A stretch of DNA of 63,773 nucleotides, counting the filler, from Welwitschia mirabilis (lineage: Eukaryota): the NCBI GenBank assembly GCA_051453625.1. It is 6 parts of one record of this genome, joined end to end, with 100 filler letters (N's around TTAATTAATTAA, not from the genome) between each part and the next. Parts side by side here need not be neighbours in the genome. Positions count along the whole stretch, not along the records: positions 19,697 to 26,397 come from JBOZIK010000001.1; positions 26,498 to 38,709 come from JBOZIK010000001.1; 4 more parts are not named here. One strand, given 5' to 3'. How positions within the stretch are numbered: the stretch's first letter is position 1; each line of letters opens with the position of its first letter. The position numbers and the translations under genes are program-made. Positions 25,501-37,500 of the stretch are shown here, piece by piece. The notes under the pieces were generated by a model. The model did no database searches and had not been told where the DNA came from. It saw only the letters and a program-made list of their open reading frames with translations.

Positions 25501-28500
25501 AGTTCCTGATAGGTTAGCAATGAAGACTTGATGAAGGAACTACTTGCAATAAAAGAGATAGCTCTTTAGGCTCAGAAGACCACAGACAAACTCTACAGAA
25601 GAGTGGATAATAGAGTTCTAGAGATAATTGATTTCAATGATGAGCAAGGACTGGTAACAGCGCATCGTTTCATGTGGAAAATTAGAAGTTGTGCCAAACG
25701 GGACGTCCGCCTCTCAAATTGGGACATCCTGCTCTAGACGCGGTCCAAATGTATGGGGACGTCCGACCTGTTAGATGGGACGTCCGGCTCTAAATGCGGT
25801 CCAAATATATAGGGACGTCCGGCCTGCTAGATGGGATGTCCGGCATTGAACGCGGTCCTAATATATAGGGACGNNNNNNNNNNNNNNNNNNNNNNNNNNN
25901 NNNNNNNNNNNNNNNNNNNNNNNNNNNNNNNNNNNNNNNNNNNNNNNNNNNNNNNNNNNNNNNNNNNNNNNNNTTACTTTTGAATAATGACAAAGGGGGA
26001 AAAGACACTAGATTGATAGATTGATGTATTTAATTCAATTATGAATTCAGGTCTTTAAATATGTTTTTCGATTTAGAAATATTGTGCTTATCTTTAACAA
26101 TTCTTAAGTTACGATGTATGCTTTTAAATTTGCTAGGACACTATTGCACTAAACTTTCTACAAAGACCTTTTGTGTGTTATCAATTTGTGTAGATCATAG
26201 GTTAATCAAAGAGCACAACTTCAAGGGAAGTAACCCACTTTCTCTCTTAACAAATCTATGAACAAGGTTGTCATCATTGAAAAGGGGGAGATTGTAGAAG
26301 AATCCGTGGTAGCATCCAATGTTTCAATGATGTCTAACTCTGGGCATTGGCTTTATCAAAACCTTGAAAATCAGCAGTTATGCCAACCAGGACGTCTNNN
26401 NNNNNNNNNNNNNNNNNNNNNNNNNNNNNNNNNNNNNNNNNTTAATTAATTAANNNNNNNNNNNNNNNNNNNNNNNNNNNNNNNNNNNNNNNNNNNNTAG
26501 TAAATGATTGGTGATAAAATATTTCTTTCAATGGTAAGTCCTAAACCTTTATGACATGGAATAAAAATCATGCCTGTAGGTGCTATCCTGTTCAACAACA
26601 AATTGAAGTAGAATTAGGAAAGTCAAACTCTAGAATGAAAATGTATTATTGAGATGTTAAGATTGATATGCTATTAAAAATGAAATAAATAGTGATATGA
26701 CAATTTTATTAAATAATGAACTTGTAACCTTTTCATTCTCCACTAAAAAGCATTAAACAATTCCACAGAATCTAGGAAACCAACCTTGCCATGAATAATG
26801 CATCATGGTATGCCCTGCTGATCATAGTTTTATAATCTAAACCAAGGTGTTGGGTAACACGTTCCATAGTCCCAATTATGTTGCTGTGGCAGTGTGCAGG
26901 TGGATCTTGGTTCACGATATTGAATTCAGCTAATTGAACATTGCGTCTTTGGGCTATCTCAGAGGCAGACTGTTGAATTTTGTAAACTATCAGATTTCTT
27001 CGTTTTTCATCGATGTCTCTAGTATCTGAACAAAAGCAAGACCAAAATGTGTTATATACAGCTCCTTGCTTGCACATATAAAAAGCAAATCACTAAGAAG
27101 AAAAATGAATTCCTGTCTCCAATCTACAATTGACATGAAATATCCACTTTATATTTATGCATAATGAAGATCTTCCCTTCATTAATTCAGAAAACAAATA
27201 TATAAGGTTAAGGCGTGTATCTTAACTAAAACACATAATCAAGGCAACATGTGCTTGGAGACCTTACAGTGCTAGACAAAGCAGCAGCAACATGAGCTTC
27301 ATGCAAGAATTAAATCTTTTAATCCCATTGAAATACATCAAATTTTGGTTGACACTTGCAGAAATAAGTAAACTGAATTCACTTACAGCTCCAAAATTTT
27401 TCAGTGTGAGAAAAGGGAAAAAATAAAAAAATAAAAGGAATTGCTGATTGTTGGAACAGGAAGGCATGTTTTGTTTTTTCATAATCATTTGATTGGGTTC
27501 TAGAGGAGCTAATTACTGCTCCATGTGATAAAAATTGCTGAATTCAATAAACAGTCTGAACAACATACAAGGGAACTCTGAAATCCTTGAGCTTGTTGCA
27601 AATGCTAGGAAGACTTGCTGGAAAGCTTGGAAAACTTGTTGAAGATGTATCCCAGAATGTTAAAAGGAAATGTATCCCAGAATGTTAAAAGGAAAATAAA
27701 TTATGAATGGATATAATTAGAGAAAAAGAAGGTTTTATTTTTATTGAAAGAATGGCATTTCTAAATTTTGTTTTCTAAAAGAGGTTAAAATGTTTGTCTT
27801 CTTATATCACGGTCCAATTTCATTTTCTTGAATCAATGCTGCTTTAACTTTAGCTTTGTTATCGAAATGTATCGAGAAGAGTCAAACATGACATATCAGA
27901 GAGCAGAAAATTGTGATCAAATGATAACAATAATTGTAGGCGTCAAATCTGAAAGCCTCCCAAGCAGAAGGATGAGAAAAGAAACCATTGCAATCAAATC
28001 AAAAGCACCACCTCCAATAGGAAAATAACCAATTTTAAAAGAAAACATAACATTTTATCACAATTTGGACTTTTACACAAGAGAATTTAAGGAATTTGAG
28101 AGAATTTAAGAAATCTTGTTCCAAGAATCCTCACACAACCTACATTTGCATCAGCTTGCAAAAGAAATTGGAGCATGTTCAATCATATGCAAGAAGAAAA
28201 GCAACACTTGTTGACATCGAAAATGTTATAATGATATTAGTTTTGTAAACTTCAGCACATTGCATAAGAGGCAATTTCAACAGAAGATTCAAGTGTCATT
28301 AACCTAAAGGACCTCAATTTCACCCTCCCACTAGGAAGCTGTAGATTGATAGTGATTCAGATGATGATGCTCAATCTAAATATCAATGTACAATTCAAGC
28401 AAGAGGGAGATTGTGGTGGGGATAATAACTTGGAAGTGGGGAAGAAGATCGATATATCCTTTTTGCATCTGTGACTTTTGTGCTATTTTTGTGGCATTGT

Positions 28501-31500
28501 ACATGAATTAGGCATTTGTACTTGACACGTAGATGTACTGGGATTGGATGTTCTATTTGGCATTGAAGAAAGTAAGATAATTTACTATTCTAACATGCTA
28601 TGTCTCAATTCTTCTCACATCATTTGCATTACTTGAAGTGTGTTACAAAAGTTGTAAATCTAATGAATGGTTTTGAAAATGAAACTAAACGATCACTAAA
28701 ACCTGTGTATACATATATACCATGCATGTTAATTGTGCCTATGGTAGTTAAAACACTTGTTTAGTGTTTAGAAATGTTCATTATTATGTTTAAAAACATA
28801 AAGTACATGAAATATTACAAAAATGCCGGTCATTCCAAATTCTTTTGGAATACAAACTGCCAACGTTGCCAGGTTTGACTGAAGTCAGATTGCAAGCCCA
28901 AATCCAAACTACCTTCTCAAGTTTGGTTGCGAGTCAAGTTAACAACTATGCCTCAAACCAACACTCCAAATTCCTATCAAAAGTGTGGCACCATTCATGA
29001 GAGTGCTTAGGATGCTGACCAATTTTAACACTGCCTATCACCCATAGATCAGCAAACTAAGAATGGAGTCAAGTATATGACGGTGTCCTATAAAACTATG
29101 TAGAGTTGAAGCTACGTGACTGCAAAAAATGGTTGCACTTCATATAATTTGCATGTAAGCACTCCACACATATCTCAATGGACATGTGCTCTTTTTGAAG
29201 TGGTATGCAAGAGCCACTATAGGACATCCTCCTTCTAGGGAGACCTCATGGCAAGGAAAACAACATGACAAGATCTTTGTCTCCTGTGGAAGGTTGTCTA
29301 AAAGGTGTAAAGAAACTCAAGCGCAACACATTACTACTATAACAACTATGCAAACTAGAAAAGGCAGCAAGAAACCTTCCATGTAGGGGTGCATGTATTG
29401 TTCAAAGTCTTCCCTTTGAGGGCAAGCCCAAATACATGGCAGTATGCTAAGCTCAACTCTCACTATATGGGACCCGTCCATAATAAGGAATGAGAAGTTG
29501 CTTAGCGACTACACTTATTCACAAAGGTGGGGAAAATGCACCCAATATCTTAGGTAAACCTATTTTAATCTCATAAGGACAACAAGCCAAAGCAAAAGGC
29601 AAAATTTGGATTTACAGCTTGGAGGATCATTATTATCACAATGTTCAGAGGAGTATAGAAATCACAAACTTCATAATATAATATTGCAAGAACTTTTGGT
29701 GATCTAGGGCTTGACCAAACACACATGTTCAAAGTGGGTAGAAACCATGGAGTGCACTTACAAGGAATTCTTTCACACAAGCATATTGTCAAGGCTAGGT
29801 AATATGTTGTTTGTTGGCATCAACATTCTACGAAATTACACCTTCCTAGAAGAATGAATCATGTAGGGAAGCTAGAAGGCAAACATGCAACAATGTGCAA
29901 AAGGAAGTCCATACATGTTTAGGTCAGACATATTGACCATGCCTTTTCTGGCACTAAAGGCCATGGAAATTGTGGGCTATCTTGTTCTCTCTGTAATTTT
30001 AGTGACCCACTAACAATGCCAATAATGAACATGAAACATTTGGTTATCAAAATACCTTTGTACAGTTAAGATTTTATTTATGCTTTTTTGTACATTTGAG
30101 AACTTGTTTAAGCCGTTGTATGATCAGTTTCCCATTTACAGCTTTATGCAGATTGATTCTCTGCTTTGTTTACGCCTTTGTATGGGTTGTATTTGATTAT
30201 ATGCCTAGGTATGATAAATTTCGGTTTCAACATAACTTGGGTGATAACAATGGAGAATTATGGAATTTTGAACTACAAATACGAATATGCACAGATGGTT
30301 GTACCTCGACCTGGTTAGTCCTGATAGGTAGAAGCCCATGGCTTCTCTGACGGATTAAGGACAAGGGTCTGGATTGGGCATCATGTAATAACAACAGGGA
30401 GGTTCTACCTGTAAAGCTATGGGTTCCATTGTTTTGCCCACAAGCATAGAATGCAATGTCCATTTTATTATTTGACAAGTAAATTTAGAGTAAACCATAT
30501 AGTCGAAATAGCATTTAATAAGTGATCAGATTATTGCATGTGGCAAACACTTAATGTCTTTATTTATCATTTTAAAAGAAAAATGTGTTATGAAAAAGTG
30601 TAAATATGAAAAGCGTAACACTAAACACGTACATATCAAGAAGTTCCATCAAAATAGTAAAGAAGAAAATAAGATTTTTTCCCTTCCCCTGATTTTAACA
30701 ATGTTTCTTAGTTTTGGGAGCATTGCACTTCATATTGATAGGGAAAAACCAAAAGGAAAAAAAAAATGAAAAAGAAAAAAATCATAAAATAGTAACGATC
30801 ATTTCAAGGTAAAGTGGACGTGTCATACAAAACATATTGCATTAAGAAACATAGAACTACCTGCAAGCTTTTACTGCTTATGAAGATTATTTCTGACTGA
30901 AAGATATTCAAGAAAATGGAAACTCCTGCATCCTTTTGGTAGTTAAAAAATGTTTAAATATTTTTTCCCATGAAATTTCTAAAAAGATTGGTAAGAACAT
31001 CCCAAACTACAAAAAGTTTTAAAGGTGATAAAGTATCAGTGCTTTCTGTGCAGATTATCAATGTGGTGCAAAATGACGATAGCCTCTTCATAAATAGTTG
31101 CATAGCATTATATGGGCAGGAACATCTCAGGACATTAAATAACACTTAAAATGGATGAATTCAACATACCTATCTCAAGATGTGATTTGCTAGGAATGCT
31201 ATTAATTGCACCAGGATGGAGTTCCATGACACCTTATGAAATAAATCACAAAAGATTACAGTATTTTAGAAAACAATGTTGTGAGCATTAGCTTTTTTAT
31301 ATAAAAGAAACAAAAGTTCTTATGAATACCAGTCAGAAGATATCTACAGTAGGTATTATATTTTTGTTTGTTTGTGCAAACGTCAGTTTTTATCACTAAG
31401 AACAACAGGCAATGTATTACATATTGGTATGCAATGAGAACGTTACAAGAATTTTCTATAACTCTTTCTTTGACTCTTCGGAGCATTCAATTTGCAAAAG

Positions 31501-34500
31501 TAATAGTCTTATGTTTCAACACCAGCAAGAGTGTTATCTTTCAATCACAGCAATTTACATGATAAATTACTGAACATGTTCTGAGGAATGTGAAAAGACT
31601 GGAAATGCATTAACTTGTTGTTCCATCCTTATAACAATGAAGGATAGTCTTTCAGATGCTCTATATCTTATAAACCGTCTTAAGGCAGATCTGCTGATTA
31701 CATTCATAGATCATCAAATGGTTAGGTAAACGTACTTAGATGATTCTATCTGTCGCAAGGCAATGTGCCAATGTGGGAACAAAAGAACCTATACCAGTAG
31801 GAACTTGAATAACAATTGCACTTGGTTCATGAGTGGCTAGAACATTAATGTTTGTTTTTGTTTATGATCTCAACTAACTCTCCTATTGACCAAGATTGGT
31901 TTAGGCATGAGCTTCAAATCTCCCAAATCCCACCATGGATTTTACAAAAAAGACACTGGGTCCAGTTCATAGTGCCAACCATGGTGATGGAAAACGGTTG
32001 CATCTCAAACAGAGACAAAGTAAAAGCAGAAAGAAGCAAACCCCTCCATGCTTACATATATGAAAAGAACCACAAACATAAGCAGAAAGACGATTTAGGC
32101 TAGACAATGACCAAACAATGACAAAAGAACAAGAAAGTCAACGTAAGAGAAGAAAGGGAAGATGAAGGTAAAGACATCAAAGCATTAATCCTCATCTAAC
32201 TCAAAGGTCCATCCCGTCAAATGAGGAAACATAAGATACCTTACTTGATAGATTTATTGTACGATATTTAATCCAGACTTGTGCTTCAGAGGGCCTGGCT
32301 GAGTCCTCCAATCTTCAATATAATTGACCACTGATTCTCAATAAGAGTCTGGAATAGTTAAACCCATGTCCTAAAACAGATATGTGAATCTAGCAAATGT
32401 GTTTCAAGTCTATCAAAATGAAAGTCTGATTAACTAATAGAAAAGTGACAACTGTTGTTTATTAAAGAATTTTTGGTTTATCTTCCAGTCCCCATTTCCA
32501 ATTATCTTTAATATTGTGTTTACATATGCAGCATTATCTTTCTCTAATTTCATCTGTGTAATCTCAAAATGCATGTTAAAGTTATCTTTGAGTTTGCATA
32601 TTTATGCATAAAGTCTCTTGATTGTATTAAATAGATTCTTTTCAATCAATAGTTGATGATTTTTAAGATATAGCATTTCAATCTCACCGATTCTGTTGTT
32701 TTCTTTAATCCATAAAAGAAAATTACAACATTTTGTATTTGAGTTAGTTTGATCTGCAGCTATAACAAACAATTCTCCATTCCAGCTCCCAAACTTCTCT
32801 GGTGAGAACTATAAACATTGAAGTAATAAAATGAAGACCCTTTTACAAGTGTAGGGCCTTTGGGATCTCATATAAAATTGGTCTTTAGAGAATGAAGATC
32901 AAGCTGCATACACCACATTATCCAAAGAAGTGAAAGAAGAGTTGAATCGAAATAGGAAGAAAGACAAACAAGCACTATTAGCAAGTCAACCAGTGTTGGA
33001 TGATTCAGTATTTTAGACTTTGTTAGAGCTACATATTCAGAGGAAGCTTGGGATACTCTTCAGATAGCCTATCAAGGAACATATAAGATTAGAACTGTGA
33101 GGTTTGGATCTTTCAGAAAAGATTTTGAATCTTTGAAGATGAAGGAATCATAATCAATCTCACAGTTTGCAGTCCAAACACTAGTCTTACAATAAGAGCT
33201 AGGCCTCAAGAGGATACAATGTTCAAGCAAAGAATGGTTGAAAAATCTTGTGGTCTTTGTTGCCCAAATTTGATCATATTGTAGTAGCTACTGGTGAAAG
33301 CAGAGACCTCTCTAATCTAAAAGTTGTAGAACTCACACATGCTCTCCAAGACCATGAAGACAGGTTGAAGCTTTAGGAAGAAACAATTTCACATGGACTA
33401 CAAAGCACTCTAAAAATTGAAGACAAATCAATTAGATCAGACCAATTGGCAGCTGAAAGAGAAAGAGGTAGATGTTTTGGATGAGGTTGAGTGGATAAAT
33501 TCTACGATCATTGTACCTTTGTGGCATGTATGAGAATATGAATTAAATGCATGTTCTTATACAACAATTTTTGGGATCTGTGGCATACTTTTGGAAAACT
33601 TATGAAGACAGGAAGGACAACTTGGAAGACCTTTCCCAAGCATACACTATATTTCCAAGTAGTGTCTTTGTATATAATCCTATAAAAAGAGTAGCCAAAG
33701 TTTGGATTTCCCAAGATCATGGGAAACTTAATGGAGATGATAATGAACTTTTTAAACTATTGATCCACAAGGAAATAGAGACTAATTTGGGTTTAATCTC
33801 AACAAGAAGGACGGAAACAAAGCAATTTGAAGCAGAAGATACAGCAGGGAAACTTTAGGGAAGAATCACACAACTAGAACAAGATAATCCCAAAATTGTT
33901 GAACCCCAAAGCTAGTTGCAAGCCAAGAAGGAAATTGTCCAAAAGTTCAAAAACGTAGTTCAAAAGAAGACTGTTGACATGCATGTGAATTTTGCTAAAG
34001 TAAAGGTCATGCTAAAAGCATCCAGAGACAAATTGTTGGATCAAAAGGAAAAGACCTGGTGAGGGCTAAACAGATAGAAGCCAAATTAAGGAAGGCTACA
34101 CAATCTTTGGAAGCAAAATTAGCAAAAGAAGTTCCAACTTCTATCATCATGAAACCACCACTTCCAACAACAGTAACAACTATTGAATTTTCTATATTAT
34201 CTAGACTTGTGACAAAACAAAGTTATAAGGATATGGATGGAGATGACTTACTTAATGTGGAACAACTACAAAGCATGATGTAATGCTTCTTGGGAGAAAT
34301 TTAATGAAACACATTCTTTTTCTTCTTTCTTTAATGTGTCTCTCACCATAGTGCATCCTAGTATTATTATTATCATCATCATTATCCTCATGACCACTAT
34401 TTTGTTAAGTATGCACTCCCCATGCTTGATAGAGCAAGTGGGCTTATTTGTGGATCTAGCCTCCATAATATTCATTGCTTTTAGTGCTATGGTAATGGGC

Positions 34501-37500
34501 CTAAAAATAGGTACAAAAGTCAGGGTTTTGATCAATTTTGAGATTCAAATCCCAGGTTGGATCCCCAACACTAATGATTCCTTGAATCTTCGCTTGTTAA
34601 TTAGAAAAATGTAAGTTCAATTTAAATCAAAAAGGATGCTGAAAAATGAAAAAAAAAACATTAAGATTATTCTTCAATTAAAGACCCTAATGGTGGCACT
34701 GCCAAAAGAAAATTTAGTGGTTTGAAGAGAAAGAAATAGGTAAAGCATAAAACAATCAAGAACCCCCACTTCATTATCCAACAACAATCAATGTAATACA
34801 AGCACCAATTCACTATTTCAATCATAGTTGTGGATCCGAATCGCAATTCAGGGTGAGTTGGATCTTGATTTGGAAAAAAAATGCTCCAAATTGGTTTTAG
34901 CTATTCCCTCCACATCTCGATCCAGTGGCTCTAAATCACGAGCCAAGATCGCCCATCTAAAGCAATCTGCAATGATTTGAAGAGATTTGTAGAGATTCAA
35001 AAAGATTCATAGAGATCCAAGGAGATCCACAAAGATCCAAAGAGGTTTGTTATTTTTTAGGTTCAAACCCAATACAAATGGAATAGTTTGATCATTTTGA
35101 CATTCTCAAGTAAGTAGAAATCAAAAAATAAGGAGGACGACATTTTAGAAGCTCTATTTTTTTATTTTAGTTAAAGATTAGATTAATTTCATTAAGTTTT
35201 AAGTCCAACTCTAAGGTTTTTCCATGTTTGCGATCTACAACAATGCACAAAATGTTCTAGAGCGATCCAACAATCTAGAATATCCAAATCAAAAAAAGAT
35301 CCATGATCCAATACACATTTTATAACTATGGCTTGAATTCAACAATTTTTCCTACAACAAGTCTGTCCCTGTGGAATCCTAAACCATCGATTCTAAACAA
35401 CACAAGCCTCTTTTGGATGATTGACAATAGTAGGACCTCTTGTCCTTGTGTAGATTCCTTTAGCCTCACAATTAAGGTCAAGACTGAATAATAGTTAATC
35501 AATATAGAAGACTCTGGAAGATGCTAAAGGCATACATTATAAACATCATAGTATAATGGATCATTCTAAGATAAGATATCCCTTTTACTTTGATCGTTAC
35601 AAAACATGATATAGTGTCATTGTCACACTTATATACAAGGCATCATACAGAATATTAATTAACAAACCTCTCAATATTTCTAGAAGTGCGTCTCCACTCC
35701 TACTAAAATGTCAAACCACCCTTCAACATGATCCAAACACTNNNNNNNNNNNNNNNNNNNNNNNNNNNNNNNNNNNNNNNNNNNNNNNNNNNNNNNNNNN
35801 NNNNNNNNNNNNNNNNNNNNNNNNNNNNNNNNNNNNNNNNNCCAAACACTACGAAAATGGCATACTAAAGTTCCTTAAAGCTTCCTTGCACCTTGATTTG
35901 GGCTTAATCCTCCAAAGTGTTAGAAATCCAACTTTAGTAGTTTCTTCTTCAAGTACATGAAAAAAGTCTCCTGTTGCTGAAAATGCCATAGACTATACAA
36001 AATAATTTTATAGTTTATCTTCACATCAACAATATCTATCTTAAAGATCATAGCTCTCTGGTTGTTCTAGAATCCTTCCTCGAATGCTCCCATTTCACAG
36101 TTGCTATAAACTACCTCTATTTCTAAGTGTTCCCACTAGCACAATCAGCATTCTATGGCTAAAATGTTTTTCTTGCTTTGTCCTTCTTTTGGCTTTCAAA
36201 AACCTAGTCAACTAGTAATCTAGCTACCTATTAAACCTATGTTGCATCTAACCCACTTAGCATGAACAAACATAGTAAACCCATCTTTCTCCTACTGCAA
36301 TCATCACATCATTCCTTGTATATTTACACTTGCCTCTTTTAACGAAATCTTCGTTCCAACATCATCCAATTGTCCCATAGAAAGTATATTTCATACCATT
36401 CCACATACATGTCAAACGTCATCAAAGGAATTGTGCCTCTCACCATCCAATCCAAAAAAACATGTTGCCAATCCCTACTACTAGCAATTACAATCCCCTT
36501 ACCAAGTAAAATAGTGCTAGCTACAACTCCATATGGGGAAAATGCGGCCCTATCTACATAATAATTAAATCATGCACTTGTCTATGAGCCACCCATTCAC
36601 AAAATATCTTTTTGCAACCTTTCCCTACACTACCATTAGTACATAAAGATCTAACTCTTCATCAAAAACAATATCTGCATGCTTCCTAATTATTCATCTT
36701 TCAAAGACTAAACACCTAAAACATTCATGGTGGGTGTTCCCTTAGCTACATGATTTCCATCATCCCAAGTCTTTTAGCAATTCCAGTATTCCACTATACA
36801 TAATTGAACCCTTGATGGGGCTAAAACTAAATATGCTCTGAGTTCTTATAATTCTAATTTCAACAACCAATTCCATTATCTCCTCTTCTGCCACTATAAT
36901 CACCTTGTCCTTTAAGGATTTCCTCTACTATTTGTTGTACTTGTGTTTAATGCTTCTCCTTTGACTTCACCTTCCAATATAACATTTTTCAACTCTATAT
37001 CCAAAACATATCTTACCACTGCATCATGGTTTGGTTTGGAAGTCATGTTCAACAATGCCTATGTCATCACATAATAATCATTTGGAAGAATACAACAAAG
37101 ATTCAAATTTTCCAATTCTCTTGAGATCTAATCAGCCAAACTTGTACCTGCTCCATACAGATCATCTATGAACTCTCACTGAGGTTTGATTTGATCCCAC
37201 TCTACTTTCTTCTATAGGTAAGTACTTTGCCCTAACAAGTCTTCATACATATTGCAAAGAGCTCTACATAATGCAAAAAGAATTTCAACTTTGAAAAATG
37301 CTAACATCAAATGGTTTTCCTTGGTTCCCAGCATCATACTCTAACCCTCAGATGTTTTTGCCTCCCATTTTTCATTAGACCATCTTGGTAGTTTCTCTCA
37401 TTCTTTAAACACTCTACACAAGTATTTTAGCACAACACTGTTTTGATTAAAAGTTTCCAAGTGGGCTAATTTTTATCTCCCTCCAACCTTCCTTTTGCAA

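Larger units (their letters stand above)
19104..26397 (+). mobile_element. Sirevirus (SIRE/Maximus Copia) with env-like extra ORF; both LTRs truncated by gaps
   Basis: Matching LTR starts at 19104 and 26293. Gag with Zn knuckle, protease [11 protein letters not shown], integrase ([23 protein letters not shown]) and RNase H ([16 protein letters not shown]). Multiple PPTs, including GTCATCATTGAAAAGGGGGAGAT at about 26270-26292. Confidence 0.9.

Noticed and set aside
25700-25873. Regularly spaced palindromic repeats resembling a CRISPR array
   Set aside because: The intervening sequences are themselves repeated, the context is a eukaryotic retrotransposon, and there are no cas genes.
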